Of a DNA stretch of 64,000 nt, positions 17,968 to 27,809 are shown piece after piece; position 1 is the stretch's first letter; each line of letters opens with the position of its first letter. Source of the DNA: Ralstonia flaminis (GTDB taxonomy: Bacteria > Pseudomonadota > Gammaproteobacteria > Burkholderiales > Burkholderiaceae); the NCBI RefSeq assembly GCF_958415495.1, contig NZ_CATZLL010000010.1, forward strand, positions 101,267 through 165,266. Reading direction: 5' to 3'. The position numbers were made by a program, and so were the translations under genes. The notes under the pieces were generated by a model. It saw nothing but the letters and a program-made list of their open reading frames with translations. It searched no databases and had not been told where the DNA came from.

Positions 17968-18657
17968 ATGCGCAAGATCTCGACCCTGACCGTTGCCCTC
18001 GTGCTTTTGAGCGCGGCACAGGTCGCAGACGCCGGCCGCGGTGGCGCTGGCGGTAGCTCGACAGCAAGTCGTAGTGCCGGAGGCATTTCGCGGTCTGCCG
18101 GCGCCAGCAAGCCCGGCACCTACCGACCAGCGACCAACAGCCTTGCGCAGACTAGCACGCCAGGCGCGCGGGCGCGCGGCACACGCCGCAGTCTGCTGGA
18201 AGGTGGCGCACAGCCCTCCGCTCATTTGGCGCAGGTTATCCGCGAGCGTGAAAGCAGCGGCCCGGGATGGCTTGGCACCGCGTTCCTGGTGGCGCTGCTC
18301 AGCCGCCACGATCTCTCCGACAGTGACCGCCACTGGCTGCAGGCCAAGATCGACGCGCTCGCCGACGACGAGGCTGATGACCAATCTGGTCTCGAACCCC
18401 CGCTCGTACCCACTGTCACGTTCCTGTATGCCGGCCTGCAGGGCAATTTCATGACCGGTCGCGGGTCTACGATCCGCGTGACTGCGCACGGGACGCCTGT
18501 GAATCCGATTCCGGTGAGTTGCACCATGCCCGAGGCACGCATCAGCACGGAAGGACCCGCTGCGGTGATCGTCTGGGAACCGCGCGCGCCAGCGGCCTAT
18601 GTGCTCACATGCCAAGCGGGCGGGCAGCGCGATCGACGCCTGCTCAAGGCCGGGTAG
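17968..18657 (+). CDS. Secreted protein, ~229 aa (signal peptide MRKISTLTVALVLLSAAQVADA)
   Basis: In-frame internal start of track ORF 17839..18657, chosen because of the canonical signal peptide and a gggga RBS. Confidence 0.5.
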   Translation: MRKISTLTVALVLLSAAQVADAGRGGAGGSSTASRSAGGISRSAGASKPGTYRPATNSLAQTSTPGARARGTRRSLLEGGAQPSAHLAQVIRERESSGPGWLGTAFLVALLSRHDLSDSDRHWLQAKIDALADDEADDQSGLEPPLVPTVTFLYAGLQGNFMTGRGSTIRVTAHGTPVNPIPVSCTMPEARISTEGPAAVIVWEPRAPAAYVLTCQAGGQRDRRLLKAG

Positions 18658-18708
18658 CAACCTGGCGCCGGATGGACTCGTCCTACAAGACACACCGTAC
18701 ATCGCTCC

Positions 18709-19065
18709 GTGCATCGTTTTTTGCTCGGAAAACAGGGCCAGTCGGAATATCGTGTTGAACAAATCATTGGAGACGCCGTGGAACCCGTGAGCACCTTGAT
18801 CGACTGGATTGATTGTCGTGAACGCAAGCCTTCCCCGCCTGAAACACCCTATAAGGAGTACCTGGTCTGGGTGGTGCAGTTGCTACCGAATGCCGCCGGC
18901 GGCATGTACTTGCTGCAATTCAGCCGTGAACGCAACGACTGGATGCCGCTACCGTATGGTCCTGCCGGTGCACCCATGGTCGTCACGCACTACAGTGAAG
19001 TTCTTGACGTATTGGGTTCCCCTGACCCCAAACCCTATGGCCCTCGAGGGCGTGAGTACCTTTGA
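18709..19065 (+). CDS. Hypothetical protein, ~118 aa (start uncertain)
   Basis: Track ORF; followed by a terminator. Confidence 0.3.
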   Translation: MHRFLLGKQGQSEYRVEQIIGDAVEPVSTLIDWIDCRERKPSPPETPYKEYLVWVVQLLPNAAGGMYLLQFSRERNDWMPLPYGPAGAPMVVTHYSEVLDVLGSPDPKPYGPRGREYL

Positions 19066-19096
19066 GGCGGGCGCTGCCGCACTTGCTCTTCAGGAT

Positions 19097-19127
19097 AGAA
19101 AAAGAAAAAGGGGGCACTTGGCCCCCT
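19097..19127. terminator. Bidirectional terminator between convergent genes (AGGGGGCACTTGGCCCCCT flanked by an A-run and TTGGTTT)
   Basis: GC stem 19109-19127. The A/G-rich run AAAAAGAAAAAG at 19099-19110 gives a strong U-run on the minus strand. Confidence 0.55.
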
Positions 19128-19239
19128 TGGTTTGCACCCCCACCATCGGGTGGGTTCTGACACACGCGTTTACCGCGTTCAGGATAAATCCACAGAAAGC
19201 CGCTTCGCGCATCAGCCCTTTCGCCATGCCTAGCGCAAA

Positions 19240-19644
19240 TCAGGCCGCTGGTCCGGGCACCAGGATGAGCGTGTGCAACTCTTCAGCCGTGAACAGCCGG
19301 CTGATCGAGATCCAGGGCCGGCGCTCTGCGTCGCCATCACCATAGAAGGACACAAACGGTACGTGTCCATCCATGAGGCAGTGGAAGCGCCGCTTCGCGC
19401 TGCCGCCCTGCTCGATCTCGAAATCCGCGCCGTGCTGCAGTTCGAAGATCACTGATCCCTGTCGATACTGCACCGGCTGGCCATCGCGGCCACCGGCCGC
19501 GCCGATCAGTGCGGATTCGAACCAGTCGTCAAACCCGAGATCCGTACCACCCTCTTCTACAGCCTGTTTCCAGCGGCCAATCCACCCGAGGTCGGCCGCG
19601 CGAGGAAGAGACTCGATGTCGATCGGCTCTTCTTTGTCCATCAT
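19240..19644 (-). CDS. Hypothetical acidic protein, 134 aa
   Basis: Track ORF. Last gene of the MoxR/VWA gene string. Confidence 0.45.
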   Translation of the reverse strand: MMDKEEPIDIESLPRAADLGWIGRWKQAVEEGGTDLGFDDWFESALIGAAGGRDGQPVQYRQGSVIFELQHGADFEIEQGGSAKRRFHCLMDGHVPFVSFYGDGDAERRPWISISRLFTAEELHTLILVPGPAA

Positions 19645-19787
19645 GATGTTGCTCCTCCGGGCACAGGACTAGATATGTCGAGTGCCACAAAAATTTTGAT
19701 CGATTTCGGCACGCGGTCAAATTGGGCGGAACACCCACCAACCGATGCCGGAGCAAAGAAATGCCCCGGGATGGCCCGGGGCAATGG

Positions 19788-21011
19788 TCAGACGATGACC
19801 TCGATGCAATCGCCGAATGGCGGGGTATGGATTCTGCGCAACGGTGTGGTTGAGGCCCACAGCACCGGATACTCCGGCGGCACTTCGGGGAACGTGCCAT
19901 ACATGTCCGTCAGATAGGCGAGAAACGCCGGCCGAAAGCCCTGTTCCTCCACCCACTCGAACGGCGGTGCGAAGCAGGTACCGCCGCCGCCTTTCACAGG
20001 CGCCAGTTCAAGCGCATCACCGGGCTCGAACACCTGCACCTGCGTGACACGCGCGTCACAGTCGATGACGATCAGCCGCGATGGCTTCACTTCATCGAAA
20101 ACGCGGTGGATCTCGGATGCGAACTGGCGTTGCGTTTCATCGAACACCGAGCCACTCGAATCGCGCACAAACACGGCGTCCCCCACCCGCCGGCTATGAA
20201 GCGCCGGCAAATAGAGACCAAGGTGCGTGAAGCGGCGGTTCGGTATCGACCAGCTGTAGTCGGCTTGGGCCGACTCGCTTGCAAAGCGCGCGAGGGCCGC
20301 ACGCCAATCGACCGCCGGCGTAACCAGTTGGTCAACCACGGTCTGCAGATCCGCACCGAACTTGCCGCGCATCTTGGCCACCTGCGCAGCCTTCATCGCC
20401 GCGACTTTCCACTGCGTCTCCGTCGAGGCCTGGTCATTGCCGCGATCCTTGCGGATGTCGCCGGGCTCATACGTCGGGCTGCCGTCGGCGTTGCCACCTT
20501 CGGCAGCGCCCTGCCCTTGTGCCGCATCGGATGCGTTCGGGTCGCGCGATGGCAGCCCAGCGCCCGTACCGCGAGCGCCCTGGGCCTGAGGCTCTTGGGG
20601 AGCCTCAGGTGGCCGTTCCTGGCGGAGCACCGCATAAATCTCCTCTGCTGACTTGCCAGTGAAGCGTTCCTCCAGCAGTGCGCCTTTCGGGAGCTTCAAG
20701 TTGGCAGCGAGCACAACCGGATTGACCGCATAGTCACAGGCCGCGTTCCACAGCTTCTGATCGCGATTGCCACGCCGCCAGCAATGCCCGCTGGCGGGGT
20801 GCAGCACCTCATGAGCGAGACACCCACGCAGTTCAAGATCGTCCAAGGTGGCCACGAACTGCGCGTTGTAGCCAAGCGCCCGGCCGTCAACCCAGAACGT
20901 GTGGCACGTGGGGTCTTCGACAGGCTTCAGACGAAGCGCCAGCGCCCCGAAGAAAGGGTGGTTCAGCACCAGTTGACCACGCTGCTTGATGATCCGTTCG
21001 AGCATGGCCAC
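19788..21011 (-). CDS. VWA-domain protein with N-terminal zincin-like putative metallopeptidase domain (DUF2201-type), 407 aa
   Basis: HEVLH zinc-binding-like motif near the N-terminus (GCLAHEVLHPASGH). C-terminal VWA/MIDAS-like region (VFVRDSSGSV ... IVIDCDA). Confidence 0.6.
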   Translation of the reverse strand: MAMLERIIKQRGQLVLNHPFFGALALRLKPVEDPTCHTFWVDGRALGYNAQFVATLDDLELRGCLAHEVLHPASGHCWRRGNRDQKLWNAACDYAVNPVVLAANLKLPKGALLEERFTGKSAEEIYAVLRQERPPEAPQEPQAQGARGTGAGLPSRDPNASDAAQGQGAAEGGNADGSPTYEPGDIRKDRGNDQASTETQWKVAAMKAAQVAKMRGKFGADLQTVVDQLVTPAVDWRAALARFASESAQADYSWSIPNRRFTHLGLYLPALHSRRVGDAVFVRDSSGSVFDETQRQFASEIHRVFDEVKPSRLIVIDCDARVTQVQVFEPGDALELAPVKGGGGTCFAPPFEWVEEQGFRPAFLAYLTDMYGTFPEVPPEYPVLWASTTPLRRIHTPPFGDCIEVIV

Positions 21012-21014
21012 ACC

Positions 21015-21938
21015 TCACGAGGCAAGGAGGAAACTGAGCGCAGACGAATCGCCAAGTGCCGGTGCTGCCGGCGTGCTGAGCGCGCCGGTCATGTACACCG
21101 CCATCTGCGCCTCGATCTCCATCGCCTTCTCCGCCACCTTCTGGCGAAGATCGGCCGAATCCTTCAATTCGGCGCCCGTGTAGCAAGCCAGGTGATTGCG
21201 CGTCTCGTTCAGGATGTCCGTCAATGCCGGATCCTGTGTGAAGTTCAACGTCGGAAGCAGGTCACACAGTTCGCGCACCTTGTCGACAACGCCCAGCCGG
21301 ACGTTGCGTCCCGCGTACAGACGGTTGGCGAAGTGCTGCACAGCGTCGTAGAGGCGGCCGACGATGTCTTCGTTGGCCGTCTTGACCGCGCTGAACACCC
21401 GCTCGTCCATATCCGCCTTGATGCCGTCCAGCACGTTGGCCGGCAAGTTGATGCCGAACTGGCTTGCGTCCGGAAACGGCAAGGGAGACAGGCGTATACC
21501 GAACTTGGTCGACAGCGCTTCGAGGGTCGGGTAGTCCGCCTCGGTATAGAGCCCGTTGAGAGCACCCTTGGCCTGCTCCTTCAACGCTGGGTATTCGGCG
21601 AGAAAGGCTGACGTGGCTTCACGGAACTCGTCTTGAAACTCGCGCAGCCGGTCAGCGACCTTTAGGTAAACAGCCGTGGGCAGCAAACGCACGCCAAGCT
21701 GGTCGTATTCGAGGGTGTGCGCATTGAAGAAGGCACGTGCTTGCGTGGCGATGCTGCACACGCTCTTGTAAGAAATGGCATCGTCGGTCAGGAGCTTCTT
21801 GTTGAAGCGCCCGATGTCTTTGGTGGCGTGGTTCTTTTCCACCTCTTCCGTGGCGCGGGTATCGAAGCGACGTGCGCGCCAAACGGAGATGCCAAGGGAT
21901 GCGAGCATGACACGCTCGTGAACGTTGAGGATGTTCAT
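21015..21938 (-). CDS. Hypothetical protein (~308 aa) between the MoxR and VWA genes; possibly DUF3150-like
   Basis: Start moved to MNILNVHERV (agagg RBS). The track ORF 21015..22094 runs into the MoxR gene. Confidence 0.5.
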   Translation of the reverse strand: MNILNVHERVMLASLGISVWRARRFDTRATEEVEKNHATKDIGRFNKKLLTDDAISYKSVCSIATQARAFFNAHTLEYDQLGVRLLPTAVYLKVADRLREFQDEFREATSAFLAEYPALKEQAKGALNGLYTEADYPTLEALSTKFGIRLSPLPFPDASQFGINLPANVLDGIKADMDERVFSAVKTANEDIVGRLYDAVQHFANRLYAGRNVRLGVVDKVRELCDLLPTLNFTQDPALTDILNETRNHLACYTGAELKDSADLRQKVAEKAMEIEAQMAVYMTGALSTPAAPALGDSSALSFLLAS

Positions 21939-22014
21939 GGAAATAGCCTCTTGAAATGAAAAGCGGCGAGCCAAAGCTCGCCGCATGGGATGTACTGCTT
22001 GAAAGGGAACCGGT

Positions 22015-23079
22015 TTACCGGCCGTCCATCGCGGCACCGATCCAGCCGGATTGCGCTGCAATGAAAGCCGGCACGGAAACGATAGACTCGTCACGGCGGA
22101 TCGCGTCGCTGATCATCATCGTTGCGCAGTCACCGTCACCGCCCGCTTGCATGCGGTCGGCGTAGACGAGGACGCGATCGATGTTCGCGACCGTGGTTTG
22201 ACTCGCAACTGCCGTCGCAATCCCGATGCGCGCCGAGGGCTCCTCCGGGATGGAGGCAGTGTCCGGCGCAAACAGAACGCTTGCCACAGAGGGGAGACTG
22301 CGAAAGGTCTCGCGAAACGCCTGGAACTCGGTCGCGGCACCAGCGCCGACAGCACCGGTGAACACGATTGCTTCCAAGCCAGCTGGCACCACGGGCATCT
22401 GCTTCCCAACCGCGCCCCAGCCTCGCGGCGACGGCAGGTTCTCGATATCACGCGTGCGCTCCTTCGCCACCAGCAGATCCGGCTTGAAGCGCAGGAACGC
22501 GATCAGTTCAGCGGGAAGCTGCGACTTCACAGCCCATGCCGCCCAGGCATCAACGTTTGGCACAAGCTCGACGATGGTCGCAAACCGCGACTTCACCGGA
22601 TCGAGAATGCCAGACACGCCGGCGTTGTCGGTCCGGCGATTCGTCGCCGCCAAGAACGTCACATGCTCGGGAAGCTTGTGCTCGCCGATGCGGCGCGCGA
22701 GCAGCAGTTGCATCTTGGCGGCTTGAACCGCCTGAGACGCTTGACCGAGGTCGTCGAAGAACCAGACCAACGGCTCTTTCGCGTGTAACACCCTCTCCAG
22801 ATCCCCGAACGGCAGGAACCTGGCGGATTGGCCATCCGCGCCGGGGAACGGCAGGCCCTTGGAGTCTGTCGGGTCCTCGACCACCGGATGCGAGATCAGC
22901 AGGTCGTAGCCGGCGCGCTCTGCAGCCGCGGCTGCGATGTCGGATTTCCCGACACCTGGCGCGCCAGTCACGAGCACGGGCAGGTGTGCCGGAATGTAGG
23001 CAGCCAACAGGGTCTCCAGTTGCGACGGGGAAACCTGATTGGTGAGGGGCGTAACTTGATCGGTAAGGGTATTGTCCAT
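22015..23079 (-). CDS. MoxR/CbbQ-like AAA+ ATPase, 354 aa
   Basis: Walker A GAPGVGKS, Walker B VWFFDDLGQA, sensor/arginine-finger region. Partnered with a VWA protein as in MoxR-VWA pairs. Confidence 0.7.
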   Translation of the reverse strand: MDNTLTDQVTPLTNQVSPSQLETLLAAYIPAHLPVLVTGAPGVGKSDIAAAAAERAGYDLLISHPVVEDPTDSKGLPFPGADGQSARFLPFGDLERVLHAKEPLVWFFDDLGQASQAVQAAKMQLLLARRIGEHKLPEHVTFLAATNRRTDNAGVSGILDPVKSRFATIVELVPNVDAWAAWAVKSQLPAELIAFLRFKPDLLVAKERTRDIENLPSPRGWGAVGKQMPVVPAGLEAIVFTGAVGAGAATEFQAFRETFRSLPSVASVLFAPDTASIPEEPSARIGIATAVASQTTVANIDRVLVYADRMQAGGDGDCATMMISDAIRRDESIVSVPAFIAAQSGWIGAAMDGR

Positions 23080-23175
23080 GGGGTATCACTTGACGAAAAC
23101 CCACGGAATCCACGCCCACAGGGAGTAGACCCCTGTGGGATGGTTGAAGAAACGGCCGATGCTGCCGGCGTTGGA

Positions 23176-23195
23176 TCGATGCGTCGGAGACGCGA
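23176..23195 (+). repeat. 22-mer family copy c: TCGATGCGTCGGAGACGCGA
   Basis: 97 bp upstream of the MoxR gene start. Preceded by hairpin CCCACAGGG-N7-CCCTGTGGG and a GGGATGG box. Confidence 0.6.
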
Positions 23196-23359
23196 GGAAA
23201 AACAGTGTTTGGGTTGGCTCAGGCCAGTCCGAACAGCGCTTTTCAGCAAGGAGAGGTTAGCAGGTTGCGCGGCGCGGCGCCACACGCGCAAGGGGGTAGA
23301 AACGGCCGCCCTGCCCCCGTGATGGAGGGGCAGGGACTGGCGCGTGAAAGAGATTGGCG

Positions 23360-24898
23360 TCAGGCGTACGCCGGCACACGCTCTGCCGGTGTACTCAAGC
23401 AAGCGCGTGCATAGTCCAGGGTGCCGTCCTTCACCTTCAGTGGCCTGCCCAGGTCGCGCTTCGGATCGACGAAGAGGTAGCTGACAGCATTGCCGCGCCG
23501 CGAAGGAACAATCTGCGAGAAGCCTTCCGCGATGCACAGGTCGACGTACTGCTTGCCGGTCATGACCTGCCCACCGCCGACGGAATAGCGTACCGACTCA
23601 GCAGTCTTCTTTGCCTGCTCCATGGCCTCAATGCGGCGCTTCTCCGCCTTGGCCTCGGCCGCATGCTGCTCCCACACGTCCTGCTCCTGCTGGGCGAACC
23701 CGCACATGCTGAAGATGGCGCGCCGGCGCGCTGCTCCCGTTACCGTCAGCAGGTTGACCCCGATGACTTCACGAATGGCGCGCTTGCTCGATTTGTTGTT
23801 GGGCTGGTCCAGAATCTCGAGCAGCCCAGCGACATTACGCTCCAACAACAGCGAGGCAATCATGTTGCCGTAGTGGTAGTTTCTGCAATTGCGTTGGCGC
23901 TCGGCCATCATCATCTGCAGCTCGAAACGGCGCTTCGAAAGGTTACCGTCCTCCCGCTCCTGCCGAAGCCGCGCCACCGTCTTCTCATACACGCTCTCGT
24001 TGACGCACTCCGTCACGCGCTTGGCCAACGGCGAAAGCGGCTCTGCGTCAGGCCCCTCTGCGAGCTGAAGTGTCGGCGCCGTGAGTGGGCCGAGGATCTT
24101 CGCGTCGTAGAACGCGTCGTCGATGTCGATATAGGAGCTACCGACCGGCAAGGCCCGAACGATGGCGAGCAGCTTCGACACGTTTTGCTCGGTCATCGCC
24201 ATCTTCTCGCGTCTGAGCACATCACACAGGTCCCGCAGCGTCTCCGCCGGCAGCGCGCCGCGTAGCACTGGGAACTCAATGAGAGCGTTCAGCCATTCCA
24301 AGCCGTGAGGGATCGCCGTGCTCGTGTGACGGTAGAAGTTGAGGATGCAATCCTTGACGCGCTCGCCACGTTGTAGCGCGTAGGCGACGTGCCATTCATG
24401 CCCCTTGCACGCCCCTCCGCCCGGATAGGCGTGTGGCCCGCCTGTTCCGAAGCCAAACCGGCGAAGTAGCTCGTCCGTGATGAAGCGCTGCGGACTCTCG
24501 ACTTGGAACTCCGAGAAAAGCGAGCCCTCCTTCAGGCGTTCAGGATCGATCAGGTATTCGCTCTCGTAGGCCAGCGCGCTTGCGGCAAGGACAGCTTCCC
24601 AGGATTCAAAGCTGACCTCGTAGGGCCGCAGCAGCTTGCCGTCCGGTTTCAGGATGATCCGCTCGACTTCGGTGATCACGTGCAAGAGGATCTCGTGCAC
24701 CGTGCCGTCGGGACGCAGCCCGATTCGGCCGCGTGGCAGACCAACGACGGGGATTGGACCATTTTCGACGGTATGTACAGTGAACGAGTCCGCGGTGAAT
24801 TTGCGCGGAATCGATTTGTCGGCGTTCAGGAGGGCCAAGACGCCGGCCATCGTTGTGCGGGTCTCGGTCTTCGTATGGTTGATGGTGATGATGTACAT
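23360..24898 (-). CDS. Hypothetical protein, ~513 aa (start at MYIITINHTK with GGAG RBS; track ORF extends to 25030)
   Basis: Long ORF with no recognised domain. Lies upstream of the MoxR gene on the same strand. Confidence 0.5.
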   Translation of the reverse strand: MYIITINHTKTETRTTMAGVLALLNADKSIPRKFTADSFTVHTVENGPIPVVGLPRGRIGLRPDGTVHEILLHVITEVERIILKPDGKLLRPYEVSFESWEAVLAASALAYESEYLIDPERLKEGSLFSEFQVESPQRFITDELLRRFGFGTGGPHAYPGGGACKGHEWHVAYALQRGERVKDCILNFYRHTSTAIPHGLEWLNALIEFPVLRGALPAETLRDLCDVLRREKMAMTEQNVSKLLAIVRALPVGSSYIDIDDAFYDAKILGPLTAPTLQLAEGPDAEPLSPLAKRVTECVNESVYEKTVARLRQEREDGNLSKRRFELQMMMAERQRNCRNYHYGNMIASLLLERNVAGLLEILDQPNNKSSKRAIREVIGVNLLTVTGAARRRAIFSMCGFAQQEQDVWEQHAAEAKAEKRRIEAMEQAKKTAESVRYSVGGGQVMTGKQYVDLCIAEGFSQIVPSRRGNAVSYLFVDPKRDLGRPLKVKDGTLDYARACLSTPAERVPAYA

Positions 24899-24983
24899 GA
24901 ACGTTGCTCCAATAAGGACTGGGGCAACGCGCCCCACCGGGGCGATTGCCCCTGGTGGGATGGAAGGAATTGAAGGCCGCGCG

Positions 24984-25364
24984 TCAGTGCGACTTGCGGC
25001 GCCTCTTTGTCGCGGCAGCAGCGTCGACACGCATCGCGACGACTTGGCCGATCAGTTGCTCGTCGGCAATGCGCCAGATGGGGAACGTCGCATAGCCGCT
25101 GCGAATGACGCGCCCGGTATCAGCAAACGCGCCCGTGTGCAGCAGTGCTTGGCACATATCCTGCGGCACCAGCCCCGAAGAAAATGCAAACTCGTCGTCT
25201 GCGAGCGGAGCGTGCCGGATGTTGGTGGACAACGAGGCATAGCGCAGACCGTCGTCCGCCGCGTGCAGATGAACTGCGACGTGCATATCCGTGTAGAGCT
25301 GCACGGCGATCGTCACGCCCGCTGGGAATGATGCCAAGCCGGCACCGACGACTTGATGGCCCAT
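24984..25364 (-). CDS. Hypothetical protein, ~127 aa (start at MGHQVVGAG with AAGGAG RBS)
   Basis: Track frame 24984..25451, internal start preferred. Confidence 0.4.
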   Translation of the reverse strand: MGHQVVGAGLASFPAGVTIAVQLYTDMHVAVHLHAADDGLRYASLSTNIRHAPLADDEFAFSSGLVPQDMCQALLHTGAFADTGRVIRSGYATFPIWRIADEQLIGQVVAMRVDAAAATKRRRKSH

Positions 25365-25486
25365 GGAGAACTCCTTGTTGTACGCGGAGTGCCCCATCGG
25401 GGACGCACCCCGCGTGGGTTGTTGGATGAAATGGTGATGCGGCGGCGTCAATGACTGACGACCATCCTGCGACTTGAGGTGGAGAT

Positions 25487-25996
25487 TTAATCGTCAGCCT
25501 GGTGCCAATTGCTCTCGCGCTCCTTTGCGACTGCAACAGCCTCTTCAAGCGTCGGCACGGCTTCACCGTAATGCACGTCGCAATCTCCGCCTTGGTACGA
25601 GACTTCCAGCCCCGGGAGGTAGCCTGCTGGCGACTGCGCAACGCTCGCGCGTGTTTCGCGCAGACCGTCAAAGTCCATTCGCCACCTGCCAAACCAAACG
25701 GTCGGTGGGTGACGCTCGGCGTATTCGTCATCTTCCTTTCCCTGCCGGCGGCCATCGCGAAAGTGCATCTCAAGCGAGCCGCCATCGGCTACAAAGACCG
25801 GAATGCGGTCGCTATCGATGGCCTGCATTCCTGCAAGTTCTGCCGCCCATTCGGCACGCTCCTGCAGCTCCCGGCTGCCGATCGGGTCAACCGACGACAA
25901 GACGCGCGAGAGCGACATGAGAACGCTTGCCCCGAGGGGGTCAAGCTTACAGTTGTATGCCAACGCCTGGCATTCGGGTGAACGGATTGAAATCAT
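25487..25996 (-). CDS. Hypothetical protein, 169 aa
   Basis: Track ORF. Confidence 0.45.
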   Translation of the reverse strand: MISIRSPECQALAYNCKLDPLGASVLMSLSRVLSSVDPIGSRELQERAEWAAELAGMQAIDSDRIPVFVADGGSLEMHFRDGRRQGKEDDEYAERHPPTVWFGRWRMDFDGLRETRASVAQSPAGYLPGLEVSYQGGDCDVHYGEAVPTLEEAVAVAKERESNWHQADD

Positions 25997-26047
25997 GGTT
26001 GAGCCTCCTTAAGAGGGCTTTTGCCGCTTCGGCCAAAGCCGAAACGG

Positions 26048-26077
26048 CAAAAAAAACGCACCCACGAATGGGTGCGT
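26048..26077 (-). terminator. Intrinsic terminator (stem GCACCCA-CGAA-TGGGTGC followed by T9 on the minus strand)
   Basis: A9 run at 26048-26056 then a 7-bp stem at 26057-26077 on the plus strand. Sits at the 3' end of the small-membrane-protein gene string. Confidence 0.6.
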
Positions 26078-26115
26078 CATTTGGTGTGGCTGGCTGGGCC
26101 AGCGTCGAGCAATCG

Positions 26116-26211
26116 CTAGTCGTTGTTGAGCTGACGACCACGTCGGTCGGCCCACAGCAGATATGCCGCGATCAATGTCGTGACGACAGCGGCGAACATT
26201 CCGAGCGTCAT
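26116..26211 (-). CDS. Possible 31-aa hydrophobic peptide (MTLGMFAAVVTTLIAAYLLWADRRGRQLNND), translationally coupled (ATGA overlap) to the upstream gene
   Basis: GGAGA RBS. Its start overlaps the stop of 26214..26684. Single TM helix. Confidence 0.25.
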   Translation of the reverse strand: MTLGMFAAVVTTLIAAYLLWADRRGRQLNND

Positions 26212-26213
26212 GG

Positions 26214-26684
26214 TCAGTCTCCTTTGGACAAAACAGCGCCTACTACAAATAGTACAACAGTGACGGCGATCAACGTAGCGACATCGGACACGGCACCCAG
26301 CGTCCAAGCGCGACTGCCACTGAAATAGCTGGCAGCACCGATCAGCGCCGCGGCCGACAGCGTATGAGCGAAACGACCGTACTGCTGGCGCTGATCGCGC
26401 GTTGGCGCGAGAAGTGCGCTTCGCACCACGCTCCACAACGACTTGCGCGCCCGGCCCTTGCGGTTCAAGCGAAACGTCGCCGCTTCGACGTGCACGAGCG
26501 GCATTTCGTAGCCATCCTCGGCAGCAACGAGGACGTACGCCTCGCCTGCGGCCTTGGCCGACTCGATCTGCTGCACCAACCGGTTGGGCAACACGACAAC
26601 ATCGGTGTCAGCCTGGATGGCTGCCCTTCCAGATGTCTCGTCCCCGCTGGTCGAGCGCAGAATGACCTTGATGAGTTTGGACAT
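26214..26684 (-). CDS. Membrane protein, 156 aa (C-terminal 2 TM helices)
   Basis: Track ORF with hydrophobic C-terminus. Confidence 0.45.
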   Translation of the reverse strand: MSKLIKVILRSTSGDETSGRAAIQADTDVVVLPNRLVQQIESAKAAGEAYVLVAAEDGYEMPLVHVEAATFRLNRKGRARKSLWSVVRSALLAPTRDQRQQYGRFAHTLSAAALIGAASYFSGSRAWTLGAVSDVATLIAVTVVLFVVGAVLSKGD

Positions 26685-26696
26685 GGCGGCCTCGCT

Positions 26697-27077
26697 TTAG
26701 CCACGGCGGCCGGCAACGAATCGCAGGTTGGCCAGAAGCTGGCTGTAACCTTCCGGCGATGCCAGCGACTCCAGGCAGACGGCGTTGTTGCGGCCGCCGC
26801 CAAGATCGTGACGGCCGGCGCAGGTGCGATAGCGGACCAACACCTTCGGGTCCGCCGGCGCGTGCGAGATTTCGAAGTACAGCGCGTCGGTGTGCAGCGC
26901 GAAGACGTCGACCAGGCGGCGACGCTGGCGACGCGTGCGGATCGAATATTCCCGTTGACGCAGCGCCAGGTCATTGGCGACGCGACGCAGAACGCGTGAA
27001 GCATCACGTTGCAGGATTGCGCCGGCGGCCGTGTTCGACGGGCAGCGGCTTCGGGTAAAGGATTGAGGAATCTTCAT
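26697..27077 (-). CDS. Hypothetical protein, 126 aa
   Basis: Track ORF. Confidence 0.35.
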   Translation of the reverse strand: MKIPQSFTRSRCPSNTAAGAILQRDASRVLRRVANDLALRQREYSIRTRRQRRRLVDVFALHTDALYFEISHAPADPKVLVRYRTCAGRHDLGGGRNNAVCLESLASPEGYSQLLANLRFVAGRRG

Positions 27078-27809
27078 CGTTGGTGTCCTATGAAAGAGTG
27101 CGGTACACCAACCCCAGCGGGACGGTGTCCCGCGATGGGTATGGTCTGGGCATGCCAGACAAAGCTCGATGCGTCGGTGACGCGATCAAAAGCGCTTGCC
27201 CAACTGTTGGCAGTTGGGCAAGCCCTCTCGGGCTTGCTATGGGATGGAGCGCCGCGGACTAGCGCTGGAGCTGCGGCAGCGGAACACGCGCGGTGACGCG
27301 CAACAGCCCCTTGCGTTCGGGCAGAGGTTTCTCCGGGTGTGCGTCATCGAAGAACACCACCACTCGGTGATCCTGATCGACATACCCGAAGCGAAAGCCC
27401 GGGACGCAGCTGGAACCCGAGAGAGCGTCGCTCGCCTCGCCGGGATTTGGGTACTTCGAGGAAGTGCAGCGGATGAGATTTTGTTCGCTCATGATGGGTC
27501 GGCTAGACGGGCAGTACTGCCGCCTCGCGTTGCAAGAATTGTTGGCCCGCCTCCCGGATCAACTCCGTCGTGATGCCCTGCATGTAGCTGGGAATCAGGA
27601 ACGGAACGATCGAGGGATGCGAACTGAATTCGAAGAAGAAGACGGTGGAACAGCGGCCACGCGTCAGGTGGCTGAAGACTTCCAGCGTCCGGTGATCCCG
27701 ACGATAGACAGCCAGATCGTCTGTGGTTGGGGTGGCCATTGAGTGGAGGGGGAGCAGCGTTGGCAGCGCCAACAGGGCGGTGACCGCCTTGCGGCGGCCA
27801 CCAAGAGGA

